Assembly: GCA_041641305.1 (NCBI GenBank)
Contig: JBEPYN010000002.1
Location: 1-64,000, forward strand
Length of the DNA: 64,000 bases
Direction of reading: 5' to 3'
Origin: Nitrososphaerota archaeon
GTDB lineage: Archaea > Thermoproteota > Nitrososphaeria_A > Caldarchaeales > Caldarchaeaceae
A program made the translations under genes and the position numbers. Position 1 is the stretch's first letter, and each line of letters begins with the position of its first letter. A model generated the notes under the pieces. It was given only the letters and a program-made list of their open reading frames with translations. It searched no databases and was not told the origin of the DNA. Of the stretch, positions 19,998 through 30,162 are shown in pieces.

Positions 19998-20810
19998 ATG
20001 CCCGAAATAGTTATCAACTTTATCGGACACGCCTCCTTCTCCATAAAGTGGAGAAACGAGGTAATCTATGTAGACCCCTGGCTTAAGACGCCTCTTGAAA
20101 GCGGCACGGGCAATAGCCCTGTCAGCCCAATCGGGCTCGAGGACGTCAAGGATGCGACCGTGGTTCTCGTATCACATGGACACATCGACCACCTAGGCCA
20201 CGCAATCGAGATAGTCAAAAAGACGGGAGCATGTCTCGTCTGCACACCCGAGGTGGGTATGTATGCGGACATCCACGGCATCCCCTACGACTCCGAACCC
20301 GATGAAAAAACGGGAAGAAAATACTGGATGTATCCGATAAACGTCGGCGGAAGCTGCACCATCAACAAAGTCACCTACACCGCCGTCCCCGCCTTCCACT
20401 CAAGCAGCATCATGCACTACGACTACATCAAAAACAAGATAAGATACCCCGACGCACCGGTCGGCTACATCATCGCCCCCGAAGACGGGCCAGTCGTCTA
20501 CTTCTCAGGAGACACAGGTGTCTCCATGGAGATGCACATGATACAGGAGCTCTACAGCCCGGAGATATGCATCATGACGGCGGGCGGCCAATACAACATG
20601 GGTGTGAGAGAATTCGCCTATGCATGTAAGATACTTAAACCCAAGCTGGCTATCCCCTGTCACTACGACACTTTCCCGAGGCAGCGACTGGACAAGGAGA
20701 GGCTGAAGCAAGCTGTTTCCGTGATGTCGCCTTCAACAAAGCTCGTGTTCCTGAACCCTGGTGAAAGCCTCCGCTACGCTACGGAGCATTCATGGGTTGT
20801 CGAGAGGTGA
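19998..20810 (+). CDS. Metallo-beta-lactamase-fold hydrolase (UPF0173/UlaG-like; possible lactonase)
   Basis: GHASF, DPW, SHGHIDH, HSS, SGDT, IPCHY. Confidence 0.9.
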   Translation: MPEIVINFIGHASFSIKWRNEVIYVDPWLKTPLESGTGNSPVSPIGLEDVKDATVVLVSHGHIDHLGHAIEIVKKTGACLVCTPEVGMYADIHGIPYDSEPDEKTGRKYWMYPINVGGSCTINKVTYTAVPAFHSSSIMHYDYIKNKIRYPDAPVGYIIAPEDGPVVYFSGDTGVSMEMHMIQELYSPEICIMTAGGQYNMGVREFAYACKILKPKLAIPCHYDTFPRQRLDKERLKQAVSVMSPSTKLVFLNPGESLRYATEHSWVVER

Positions 20811-20815
20811 CAGGC

Positions 20816-21217
20816 ATGGAGCTTGAGCCCTTCTACGAGCTCGAGGCACAGATTGTCAGAACCGATGAAATAGGTGAGACACCCTATGGACGCCGCTCCA
20901 ACTTCCACATGAAAGGCACCGTCAAAGGCAAGATAAACGGCACCTACGAGGGAATAGACTATGGAACAATCGTCAAAACCGAGGCCGGCGACGTAGTACA
21001 CGTATATGTCAGAGAAACAATAACAACCGAGAAGGGAATAATTTCGGGGATTAGGCAGGGCTACGCTGTCCCATCCCAAGACGGGCTCGCGGTTAGACTG
21101 TTCATATTCTTCCACACACAGATACCGGAGTACAGGTTTCTCAACTGGACACTTGGAGTGGCTGAGGGAAAAGCAGGGCCCGAAGGCCTAAGGCTTAAAG
21201 TCTCCCTGCTCAGATAA
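20816..21217 (+). CDS. DUF3237-like beta-barrel protein
   Basis: IGETPYGRR, GTVKG..G, GIDYG, EYRFLN..GVAEG. Confidence 0.6.
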   Translation: MELEPFYELEAQIVRTDEIGETPYGRRSNFHMKGTVKGKINGTYEGIDYGTIVKTEAGDVVHVYVRETITTEKGIISGIRQGYAVPSQDGLAVRLFIFFHTQIPEYRFLNWTLGVAEGKAGPEGLRLKVSLLR

Positions 21218-21745
21218 CTTCCCCCTAAAAACATACATCCTAAATTTCCTGCCCTCGATGGAGACTGTTCTCAACCCGTAGCCAAGCCCATAGCTCTGAA
21301 AAATTTTCCCCAACATCGGCCCATGCACCTTGTAGCCGTTGGCGACTATGGCGTCATATGCCCTGTATTTCCAGCCGCGTAGATATGGCCCGATAATCTT
21401 CAGCAAGAGAATGCAGCGAAGACCTATAACAACCAGTCGCGCTCCCCTCTTTCCGGCGAACCCCCAGCCATCGTTTATCTGCCGCACGATAAAATCCAGG
21501 GTCTCAACATCACATTTTATCTCGGCGAAGGGTGTGTATGTCTCAGGGTTTTGAAGAACTTTGAGGTATCCGAGCGAACCGTTCGTCTGAACAACCCCCG
21601 CTATGAAACCCGCTAAAATAGGGCTGAGAAGCTGCCTATTCGGAGGCCGTTTCTCAAACTCTTTCAAAACTTCTTCATAGTCGGCCGCATCCCAGCTCGG
21701 CTTCGGCTCAAGATAGACACGCCACCAAGGAGGAACCTGAGTCAT
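21188..21745 (-). CDS. Stand-alone degenerate LAGLIDADG-fold protein
   Basis: FIAGVVQTNGSL helix; DVETLDFI..GWG; LLKIIGPYLRGWK. Confidence 0.55.
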   Translation of the reverse strand: MTQVPPWWRVYLEPKPSWDAADYEEVLKEFEKRPPNRQLLSPILAGFIAGVVQTNGSLGYLKVLQNPETYTPFAEIKCDVETLDFIVRQINDGWGFAGKRGARLVVIGLRCILLLKIIGPYLRGWKYRAYDAIVANGYKVHGPMLGKIFQSYGLGYGLRTVSIEGRKFRMYVFRGKLSEQGDFKP

Positions 21746-21751
21746 CCTGAT

Positions 21752-22843
21752 TTAGAAAACCCTCTCCTCTGTCTGCGGGTCGAACCCGTGGATGGATTCG
21801 ATGTTGAACACAGCGTATACTTTCTCCTTTTCCTTAAAGTCGGAGAGACCATCCACATAGCATCTGAAGACTGCGTGCCCGTTTTTCAGCTCGATGACCT
21901 GCGCGGTTCCAAGCGACTCTATGAAGCTGACCTCGGCTGGCAACGCGTTTTCCACGGGTTCTCTGCTCAGAGCGATGTCATGAGGCCTAATGCCTAGAAT
22001 GAGTTTTTTCGGCTCCCGCGATGTCTGGAAAAGCTTCAACGCCTTGTTGTTTAGGTGGACGTGGCCTTCTCCAATCGAGGCATAGACGTTGCTCTCCACG
22101 AGCTTGACCTCGCTCTCGATAAGGTTTATGGTCGGTGAGCCGATGAAGTAGGCGACAAACTTGTTCGCGGGCAGGCTGTAAATCTCCTCCGGCGAACCAA
22201 CCTGCAGCAGCTTACCGTTGTTCAGGATACCGATTTTATCCGCTATCGCCATAGCCTCGAGCTGGTCATGAGTAACATAGAGAAATGTGCCCCGAACCTC
22301 GGAATGTATCCTCTGAAACTCCGACCTAAGAGCCTCCCGCAATTTTGTGTCGAGGTTGCTTAGCGGCTCGTCAAAAATGTATACATTTGCTTTCCGTACT
22401 ATGGCTTTTGCTATCGAAACCCTCTGCAAAATTCCGAAGTCTATCTGATGGCTTTTCTTGTTGAGATGCTCCTCTATTTTGAGGAGCGAGGCGACCTGCA
22501 TAACTCTTTCACGTATCTCATTACGGTCAGAGGTTTCCCGTCTCAGCGTCAGCGCTATGTTTTCGTAGATGTTGAGGCTTGGGTATATTGATGGGAACTG
22601 GAAAACCATGGCGATGTTACGCTCCGAGGGAGAGAGGTCGGTGACATCTTCTCCGCCGAAGTATACACGGCCGCTTGTGGGTGTCTCAAGTCCCGCGATA
22701 ATCCGCATGAGCGTGGTTTTCCCCGAGCCGCTAGGTCCCAGAAGACAGAAGAAACTGCCGTCGTCAACCGACAGGCTCACGTTGTCAAGAGCCTTCGTTG
22801 TCTTGAAAATTTTCGAAACCTCTCTTGCTTCGACGCCGACCAA
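21752..22843 (-). CDS. Sugar ABC ATPase (MalK-like) with degenerate signature motif
   Basis: GPSGSGKT, IDFGI in place of LSGGQ, FDEPLSNLD, YVTHDQ, TOBE tail. Confidence 0.92.
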   Translation of the reverse strand: MVGVEAREVSKIFKTTKALDNVSLSVDDGSFFCLLGPSGSGKTTLMRIIAGLETPTSGRVYFGGEDVTDLSPSERNIAMVFQFPSIYPSLNIYENIALTLRRETSDRNEIRERVMQVASLLKIEEHLNKKSHQIDFGILQRVSIAKAIVRKANVYIFDEPLSNLDTKLREALRSEFQRIHSEVRGTFLYVTHDQLEAMAIADKIGILNNGKLLQVGSPEEIYSLPANKFVAYFIGSPTINLIESEVKLVESNVYASIGEGHVHLNNKALKLFQTSREPKKLILGIRPHDIALSREPVENALPAEVSFIESLGTAQVIELKNGHAVFRCYVDGLSDFKEKEKVYAVFNIESIHGFDPQTEERVF

Positions 22844-22848
22844 CTTCT

Positions 22849-23112
22849 CTACACCACCAGTATGGGCACCAGATAAATTGATAGAGCCACGAAGAAAACC
22901 ACCGTGCCGACCAGTGTCACAAGCCATTTGACCATGGTCTTGCCATTAGCCTGGTCTGGGATGTATGTTGTGTAGACATACATGAACCCGCCTATTCCGA
23001 TGATGATGAACCCGTAGAGCAGAAGCCCATCCATGAATGGTTGGAACAAGAGCGCCAGCCCCGCGAAACACAGCACCAAACCAATTTTCTCGATGATGTT
23101 TTTCAGATTCAT
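22849..23112 (-). CDS. Small 3-TM membrane protein inside the ABC operon
   Basis: 87 aa, hydrophobic, abuts both malK genes. Confidence 0.7.
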   Translation of the reverse strand: MNLKNIIEKIGLVLCFAGLALLFQPFMDGLLLYGFIIIGIGGFMYVYTTYIPDQANGKTMVKWLVTLVGTVVFFVALSIYLVPILVV

Positions 23113-24195
23113 TCAGCCGAGCACCTCCCCAGTCGCTGCGTCAAACAAAAGCGGCTTATCCCCCTCGATTCCGATTTTCACCTCTTCACCATATCTGTAG
23201 GTTTTCATTCCCTTGGCAACTGTTTTCATCTCTATGTTGGAGACTTTGACGGTCACGATTGTGTGGGTACCGAGCCTCTCGGAGGAAATCACTTTGGCTT
23301 TTAACAGGTTTTGTCCGTGAACGGGTTCAAGCACGATGTCTCCGGGCCTTATGGCGACCTCCACTTCCCTGCCGTCGATGTTTATTAGCCCTGTTTTGTT
23401 GAGGGTTAGCTGAAGCTCTCCAGCGTCGAGAACAAGGTTTTCTTTGCCGAGTTTTATGACGCCGCGGAGGATGTTTGCCGTAGGGCTGCCGACAAAGGTT
23501 GCGACAAACTTGTTACGGGGGTTTCTCAATATGTTTATCGGCGTGTCATACTGGATTACCTGCCCATCTTTTATCAACGCAATCTTTTCCGCGACAGCGA
23601 AAGCCTCCAAGTAATCGGGCGTGGCGTAGATGAGGGTTCGCTTAAGCTCTCGGTGCAGTCGTTTAAACTCGGCCCGCATCTCTTCTCTAAGTTTCGCGTC
23701 AAGGTTTGAGATGGGTTCGTCGAGGAGGAGGACACGCGGTTCTCTGACGAGTGCACGGGCCAAAGCCACGCGCTGCATTTCGCCACCGCTAAGTGTCGCA
23801 GGCTCTTTGCGGCTGAGTAGATGAGATATTCTCAGCTTTTCCGCGACTCTCTGCACTATGTTTCTTATCTCGTCTTCAGCCATTTTCCTCTCTCTCAGCG
23901 GGTAGGCGATGTTGTCGTAGACACTCATATGCGGATAAAGTGCATAGGTTTGGAAGAACATGGCCACGTTTCTCTCCCACGGCGGTGTATTCACCACGCT
24001 TTCACCGTCGAACAATATGTCGCCCCTGTCCGGGGTCTCCACACCAGCTATACACTTCATCAAAGTGGTTTTACCGGCGCCTGTCGGCCCAAGCAACGCA
24101 ACTATCTCGCCTGACTCAACCGTGATATCAACTCCTCTTAGTGCCTGGACCTTGCCGAAAGATTTCCAAAGTGATTTGACTTCGACACGTGTCAT
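23113..24195 (-). CDS. Sugar ABC ATPase (MalK-like) with degenerate H-loop
   Basis: GPTGAGKT, LSGGE, LDEPISNLD, YATPD in place of YVTHD. Confidence 0.93.
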   Translation of the reverse strand: MTRVEVKSLWKSFGKVQALRGVDITVESGEIVALLGPTGAGKTTLMKCIAGVETPDRGDILFDGESVVNTPPWERNVAMFFQTYALYPHMSVYDNIAYPLRERKMAEDEIRNIVQRVAEKLRISHLLSRKEPATLSGGEMQRVALARALVREPRVLLLDEPISNLDAKLREEMRAEFKRLHRELKRTLIYATPDYLEAFAVAEKIALIKDGQVIQYDTPINILRNPRNKFVATFVGSPTANILRGVIKLGKENLVLDAGELQLTLNKTGLINIDGREVEVAIRPGDIVLEPVHGQNLLKAKVISSERLGTHTIVTVKVSNIEMKTVAKGMKTYRYGEEVKIGIEGDKPLLFDAATGEVLG

Positions 24196-25104
24196 TTACT
24201 GGCCACCTCTGACTGTGCCGAAGGTCATTCCACGGAGTAGGTAACGCTGCAGTAAGAAGATTAGCACGAGGGCTGGCAGTATGTAGAGTGTCTCGATGGC
24301 GGCTATCAGGCCCCAGTTAATTCCAACCTCTCCTCTTGTGCTGGCTATCAGGACTGGGACCGTTCGGGTTGTCCGCTCCGTCAGCAACAGCGCGAAGAGA
24401 AACTCGTTCCAGACGTTGATTATCAGGAATCCTATCGTGGCGCCCAAGCCCACAGCAACCTGTGGAAGAGCTATTTTCCTGAAGACCTTTAGAGGCGATG
24501 AGCCGTCTACAAAAGCCGCTTGTTCAATATCCTTTGGGATATCGTCGAAGAAGCTTTTCATCATCCAGATGGCGAAGGGGAGGTTGAACATGGTGTAGAG
24601 CAGGATTAGGCCGAGGTATGTGTTGTAGAGGCCTATTGAACGGTAGAAGAAGTATATGGGGATGGCGACAACTATGCCTGGAAGCATTCTCGTGGAGAGT
24701 ATGAAGAACATCAGCGTGTTGGTGCCGAGTGGCTTGTATCGGGAGAAACTGTATGCAGCGAGGACGCCTATCACTATTGCGAGCGCTATGCTGAACGATG
24801 TTACAACAAAGCTGTTGAAGAAGAATATTTCCGCGCCTGTGGCGAGTTCAAGCTCCTGCCCCGTAATAGCCTCTATCTCTGTCTGGCGTTTGAGGAAAAT
24901 GTCGATAAAGTTTCTAAAAGTCGGCTCCCATATGAACAGAGGCGGTGTGCTGAAGGCCTGCGCCCTTGTCTTGAGAGATGTTGCGATTAGCCAGAAAAGC
25001 GGGAAGATGAAGAACCCGACTGTTACAATTACGGCGATGTAGGTGGCTATTGACTTAATGATTTTCCGAGCCCTGCGGTTACCCCGCCTATTGTTGTTCG
25101 CCAT
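24196..25104 (-). CDS. Sugar ABC permease (MalG-like)
   Basis: IPKDIEQAAFVDG EAA loop, WNEFLFA. Confidence 0.93.
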   Translation of the reverse strand: MANNNRRGNRRARKIIKSIATYIAVIVTVGFFIFPLFWLIATSLKTRAQAFSTPPLFIWEPTFRNFIDIFLKRQTEIEAITGQELELATGAEIFFFNSFVVTSFSIALAIVIGVLAAYSFSRYKPLGTNTLMFFILSTRMLPGIVVAIPIYFFYRSIGLYNTYLGLILLYTMFNLPFAIWMMKSFFDDIPKDIEQAAFVDGSSPLKVFRKIALPQVAVGLGATIGFLIINVWNEFLFALLLTERTTRTVPVLIASTRGEVGINWGLIAAIETLYILPALVLIFLLQRYLLRGMTFGTVRGGQ

Positions 25105-25106
25105 GT

Positions 25107-25985
25107 CTACTCCCTTCGCGCCAACCTCAGATAGAGGTTGGTCAGCAATATGATTATGACGAGGAATATGAAGGCCAGCGCCGTTGCCTCGCCTGTTCGG
25201 AAGAACTGGAAAGCGGTGCGGTAGATGGTGATTGACAGCACCTCGGTGAGCGTGCCCGGCCCCCCTCCCGTGAGCGTGAAAATTGTGTCAAATGTTCTGA
25301 AGGCGTCCATGGTCCTGAAAAGGAGCGCCAACGCAACCAACGGCTTTATCTTGGGCCAGACAACGTACCTAAACTTATCGATCCACGAAAGCCTATCTAT
25401 CTCAGAGGATTCCAGCATGTGTTTCGGTATGGCCTCCAGGCCCGCGAGAATGAAGAGCATCATGAAGGGTGACCACTGCCATACATCCATGAAGACCACC
25501 GCCAGCATGGGCTGTTGGGAAAGCATTCTGACTCTCGCTCCTGTGACGAATTCAACAAAGTAGGTGAAGACGCCGAAGGTGGCGTCGTAGATGTAGCGGA
25601 AGAATATTCCAACGGCAACCGGGGCTATGAGAAGCGGGGTGGTCACCAAAGTGATTGCAAGCCGCCGGCCCTTGAACTTCATGTAGAAAAGATGAGCCAG
25701 AGCAAACCCAACCAAAAACTCGAGAGCAACAGCATATAGCACAAACTGACCCGTGGTAATGAACCTGCGCCATATCTCGCCACTGTTCAGAAGCCGCGAG
25801 TAGTTGTCTATGCCGACAAAGACTGGAGTGTCACCTCGGAGAGCGTTGTAGGAGTAGAAACTAAGCCCGAGAGCCCATATCAGGGGAAATATCACCAGAA
25901 AGATTACGAGAGCTACTGCGGGAGTTATCAAAATTACTGGGAAAGTTCTAAAACTCCTCGGCGGTCTCAAACCACTGCGACCCAT
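25107..25985 (-). CDS. Sugar ABC permease (MalF-like)
   Basis: FVGIDNY, DVWQWSPF, LTGGGPG. Confidence 0.93.
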   Translation of the reverse strand: MGRSGLRPPRSFRTFPVILITPAVALVIFLVIFPLIWALGLSFYSYNALRGDTPVFVGIDNYSRLLNSGEIWRRFITTGQFVLYAVALEFLVGFALAHLFYMKFKGRRLAITLVTTPLLIAPVAVGIFFRYIYDATFGVFTYFVEFVTGARVRMLSQQPMLAVVFMDVWQWSPFMMLFILAGLEAIPKHMLESSEIDRLSWIDKFRYVVWPKIKPLVALALLFRTMDAFRTFDTIFTLTGGGPGTLTEVLSITIYRTAFQFFRTGEATALAFIFLVIIILLTNLYLRLARRE

Positions 25986-26019
25986 TCCGGAAAAGAGGAA
26001 AAGAAAGTGGAATTTATTT

Positions 26020-27687
26020 TTAGCTAATGGGCAGCCCCTGTCTGATGAGCTGCGCGACGTTTTTCGCCGGCCGTCCGTATTGTGCAAACGCCTGTGGATA
26101 GTTTTCTCTCTCGATTATCTCTTTGTGTCTTCTTGCGAGGTTGTCGAGGGCTGTTCGGGGGCTGACTGCTCCGGCTAGGGCGGAGTGTATCTCCTCCTGC
26201 ACAGCGGTCAGCATCTCTGCGAAGAAGGGCACGTTCCAGAAGTCTACCTGGAATGGTATCGAGTCCGCGTATGCTCTGTTGTATGGTGTGAGGTTTCTGA
26301 ACCACTCTGTTTGGATGATGTCCTTGATGCATACACCGCCTCCGCCTTCAGCCCATTTCCTCTGGTTCGCCGGCTCGAACCAGTATTTGATGAACGCCAG
26401 AGCTTCTCCGACACGGTCGCTGTAGGCGTTTATGCACATCGGCTGGCCGCCTATTCCGCTGTATCTTCTGAAGATGCCGTCATCACCAAGATGCCCAGGC
26501 GGTGGAACCACCCTTATCAAGTTGTGGACCTTTGAGGCTGCGGGGTCAAACAAGCTCGGCAGGAAGCCCGCCCAGTTGTATATCATAGCCACACGCCCAG
26601 CCTGCATCACCGCGTTGGCCTCGTCAAACCATATCTCCAGCGCATTAGGCGGCGAAAACTCTACCAAAGACGCGTAGAATTCAAGGGCCTTTACAGCTCT
26701 TTCGCTGTTAATGTATCCTTCAACCTCACCTGTTTCGGGGTCCCACCAGTATTCACCATGGCAGTATAGTAATGAGCCGAATGGACAGGCTATCGCGTCA
26801 TATGCCCTTGACATGTGGACAGCGATTCCGTAGAAATCTTCTTCAAGCCTCTTACCGGCTAATTCGTCGCCAGCCCTTCTCGTGAAGAACTCGGCGATGT
26901 CACGTATCTGGTACCAGTCAAGCTGGTTGGGGTACCAGTCCTCATAATTGGCCGGCAGGTCGTAGCCGTATTGGGCTTTGAAGTTTTCACGCTCAGTCGG
27001 GTGGGTGAAGAGGTCGTGTCTGTAGACGAATAGCAGGGTGTCGCCTTCGTGGGCAAACCCTACTATGTTGTTGTAGTTGCCCTGTGGGAAGGTCATGTAG
27101 AAGTATACGAGAGCTGGGTCGAACCTGTTGAGGAGCTGCTGAAGCTCAGGGTCTCTCTGTATAAAGTCGTTGAGCCGCCTGATGTGGCCTCCTACAAAGA
27201 ACTGGCCAAGCCACTGGCTATCCGATATGAGGAGAGTGGGCTCCTTGGAGCGCGCAATCAGGGTTGTGGAAAGCCTCTCAAATATCACGTCCCAAGGGAT
27301 AAGATCCATCTTAACTTCGACGGCTTTTCCGATGTTGGCCTTGGACCAAGCGGGGAAATCCTGTGCTATGAGGCCTGTCAGCCTACCCGGCAGCCACTCC
27401 GGCGATGCGAAGGTTATGCTAACCTCTGGTGTTATGGGGCCTGTTTCTGCCGTCACTGTTCTGGTAACTGTGGAGGTGACTGTAGCAGTGTTTGTGACAG
27501 TGACGGTTTGGCCTCCTCCTCCGCCTGCAGTGACGGTTCTTGTGACCGTTGCTGTTTGCTGGCCAGATGTCCCGGCGAGATAACCGGCAAGTCCACCGAC
27601 AACACCTGTCACGACAGCCGCTGTGGCGACTTTTGCACCGGTGCTCAAGGCCTTCCGCCGTGTTACGTTATATTTTTCTAGATTCAT
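26020..27687 (-). CDS. Sugar ABC substrate-binding protein, Tat-type signal with Thr-rich linker
   Basis: TRRKALS twin-arginine motif, TVT repeats, DSQWLG, YRHDLF, GRVAM..NW. Confidence 0.9.
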   Translation of the reverse strand: MNLEKYNVTRRKALSTGAKVATAAVVTGVVGGLAGYLAGTSGQQTATVTRTVTAGGGGGQTVTVTNTATVTSTVTRTVTAETGPITPEVSITFASPEWLPGRLTGLIAQDFPAWSKANIGKAVEVKMDLIPWDVIFERLSTTLIARSKEPTLLISDSQWLGQFFVGGHIRRLNDFIQRDPELQQLLNRFDPALVYFYMTFPQGNYNNIVGFAHEGDTLLFVYRHDLFTHPTERENFKAQYGYDLPANYEDWYPNQLDWYQIRDIAEFFTRRAGDELAGKRLEEDFYGIAVHMSRAYDAIACPFGSLLYCHGEYWWDPETGEVEGYINSERAVKALEFYASLVEFSPPNALEIWFDEANAVMQAGRVAMIYNWAGFLPSLFDPAASKVHNLIRVVPPPGHLGDDGIFRRYSGIGGQPMCINAYSDRVGEALAFIKYWFEPANQRKWAEGGGGVCIKDIIQTEWFRNLTPYNRAYADSIPFQVDFWNVPFFAEMLTAVQEEIHSALAGAVSPRTALDNLARRHKEIIERENYPQAFAQYGRPAKNVAQLIRQGLPIS

Positions 27688-27800
27688 CGATAAATCTTGC
27701 AATATATGTTGGATATAAACTTATTCCGTTTTTCGTAGAAATTATGTGAACTTTAGAAATTCTGTTGAGTGTTTTTATGTCGGTTTACGTATGGGGGTTT

Positions 27801-29255
27801 ATGGCAGCCGTATACCCGTGTATCATAAACGGTGAGCGGGTTCAGGACGGTGGTTTCGGTGTTTTCGAGGACCGGAACCCAGCTGACGTGGACGAGCTGG
27901 TCGCGGTTTTTCCGCTTCTGAGCAGGGAGGATGCGAAAAGAGCCGTCGACTCGGCGGATGAGGCCTTTGAGAAATGGGCTGCCCTCTCTCCCTTGCAGAG
28001 AGGAAAATATCTCGTCAAGGCTGCGCAGAACATGGAGAACGAGGCTGAGGAGCTGGCGAGGATACTGACGAGGGAAGAGGGCAAAACCCTTAACGAGAGC
28101 AGGGCAGAGGTGGCCCGCGCCATAGATATTTTCAGGTTCTATGGTGTGATGGGCGGCCGTCTAAGGGGAGAGTTCACATCCTCCGCCGACCCGCGGACAC
28201 ATCTATTCACTGTGCGAGAACCCCTCGGCGTCGTCTCGATAATAACTCCGTGGAACTTCCCCATCGCCATACCGGCTTGGAAAATGGCTCCAGCGCTTAT
28301 ATGCGGAAACACTGTGGTTTTCAAGCCAGCGAGCTACACCCCCCTGATAGGATACAAGATAGTCGAGGCTCTTCACGCAGCGGGCATACCTCCGGGTGTG
28401 GTGAACTTTGTCACAGGCTCGGGTGGAGAAGTGGGAGCAGAACTCATCATAAACAACAAAATAGACGCAATCTCTTTCACAGGCTCGGCTGAAGTCGGGG
28501 AAGAAATCAAGCAATACGCATGCAGGTCCAACATACGTGTTCAGCTGGAGCTCGGCGGGAAAAACCCATCGGTTGTTCTCGAGGACGCCGACCTTGGAAA
28601 AGCTGTTGAGATGGTTACACGGGCCGCGTTCGGGCTGACTGGCCAAGCATGCACAGCAACCAGCAGAGCAATTGTTGTCGACAAAATCGCTAAACAATTT
28701 GAGGAGAAGCTGGTTGAACGCGTTAAGCGGATACGGGTTGGTAATGGTTTGGCTGACGGTGTGGAGATGGGCCCCGTGGTCGGCGAAAAAGAGCTGAAGA
28801 AAATCCTCTCCTACGTCGATATCGGTGTTCAGGAGGGGGCCAAACTCCTCATAGGGGGAAGGAGACTAACCTCGCCAGAGCACTCGAAAGGATTCTTCCT
28901 CGAGCCGACAATATTCACCGACGTCACACCCGACATGAAGATAGCGCAAGAGGAAATATTCGGACCCGTTTTATCCATCATACATGTGCATGACTTTGAC
29001 GACGCTGTCGAGGTTGCGAACAAAATCGAGTTCGGCTTGTCCGCCTCCGTTTTCACCACAAGTTTGCCACGGGCCTTCGAATTCATTCACCGTGTCCAAG
29101 CGGGTGTGGTGAAGGTCAACAAGCCTACGACCGGGCTCGAGTTTCAGGTGCCTTTCGGAGGATACAAAAGGTCGAGCTACGGTGACATAAAGGAGCAGGG
29201 AGAAACGGCGCTGGATTTCTACTCCAAGCTCAAGACGGTTTACCTCGGCTACTGA
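27801..29255 (+). CDS. Aldehyde dehydrogenase (2,5-dioxopentanoate/KGSA dehydrogenase-like)
   Basis: ITPWNFP, FTGS, LELGGKN, GQACTA, EEIFGP; adjacent to the KdaD-like gene. Confidence 0.93.
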   Translation: MAAVYPCIINGERVQDGGFGVFEDRNPADVDELVAVFPLLSREDAKRAVDSADEAFEKWAALSPLQRGKYLVKAAQNMENEAEELARILTREEGKTLNESRAEVARAIDIFRFYGVMGGRLRGEFTSSADPRTHLFTVREPLGVVSIITPWNFPIAIPAWKMAPALICGNTVVFKPASYTPLIGYKIVEALHAAGIPPGVVNFVTGSGGEVGAELIINNKIDAISFTGSAEVGEEIKQYACRSNIRVQLELGGKNPSVVLEDADLGKAVEMVTRAAFGLTGQACTATSRAIVVDKIAKQFEEKLVERVKRIRVGNGLADGVEMGPVVGEKELKKILSYVDIGVQEGAKLLIGGRRLTSPEHSKGFFLEPTIFTDVTPDMKIAQEEIFGPVLSIIHVHDFDDAVEVANKIEFGLSASVFTTSLPRAFEFIHRVQAGVVKVNKPTTGLEFQVPFGGYKRSSYGDIKEQGETALDFYSKLKTVYLGY

Positions 29256-30156
29256 GACGACGCACCCTGTTTCGGAGAACACCTATTTTCTCAACCCATA
29301 TCTCCACAACATCATTATCCTGAAGCGAAAAATCATCAGGAGGCACTATCCCCGTCCCCGTCAACAAAACAGTGCCCGCTGGAATAACGTTGTCCAAAAC
29401 CAAATAATGTATAAGCTCCTCGAAACTTCGTTTAAGCCTTGCTGTAGAGGTTGAGCCTTCGTAAACTTTTTCACCGCCTCTGTATATGGTCATGGTGATT
29501 GCGAGATTTTTCGCGTCGCCGACGCTTTCCTGAGTCGCGATGACAGGGCCGAGTGCGCAGCTTCCCCTGTAGATTTTTGCCTGCGGAAGATACAGCGGGT
29601 TTTCACCCTCTATATCTCTCGCAGAAACGTCGTTGCCTATGGTGAACCCGATTATCTCATGGCCTGGGCCTATGATTAGGGCGAGCTCGGGCTCGGGAAC
29701 GGACCAGTTGGTGTCGCTGCGGATGAACGCGTCCTCGCCGGGGCCGACGCATCGCGAGGGAGTTGCCTTGAAGAATATCTCGGGCCTTTTCGCCTCATAG
29801 ACCCTGTCGTAAATGCCTTTGGCGACGGTCTCGTATTCACGCGCCTCGCGGCTTCGTAGATATGTTACACCAGCACCCCATACCTCGGGAGGGAGAAGAG
29901 GTATCAACAGACGAGGAGATTTGACGTCTTCACCAAGCTGCTGCTGAAAACCCATCCGCTTAACTCTCCGATCTTTTTTCACCCGTTCGCGGATGTACTG
30001 TTCTAGGGCGACTTTTTTGGCCCTCGCTTCTTTGACCAGTGTGAGGAAACCTCTCGGCCCGCCGTATTGCGGATTCGATAGAACAAGGGCCTCGTCATCT
30101 TCTACTATGGCGAGACGTTTCCCAAGCCTCGGCACCATTATCCTCGCTATTTTCAT
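29230..30156 (-). CDS. FAH-family 2-keto-3-deoxy-pentonate dehydratase (KdaD/XylX-like)
   Basis: [60 protein letters not shown]. Confidence 0.88.
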   Translation of the reverse strand: MKIARIMVPRLGKRLAIVEDDEALVLSNPQYGGPRGFLTLVKEARAKKVALEQYIRERVKKDRRVKRMGFQQQLGEDVKSPRLLIPLLPPEVWGAGVTYLRSREAREYETVAKGIYDRVYEAKRPEIFFKATPSRCVGPGEDAFIRSDTNWSVPEPELALIIGPGHEIIGFTIGNDVSARDIEGENPLYLPQAKIYRGSCALGPVIATQESVGDAKNLAITMTIYRGGEKVYEGSTSTARLKRSFEELIHYLVLDNVIPAGTVLLTGTGIVPPDDFSLQDNDVVEIWVEKIGVLRNRVRRLSSRGKPS

Positions 30157-30162
30157 AGCCCC

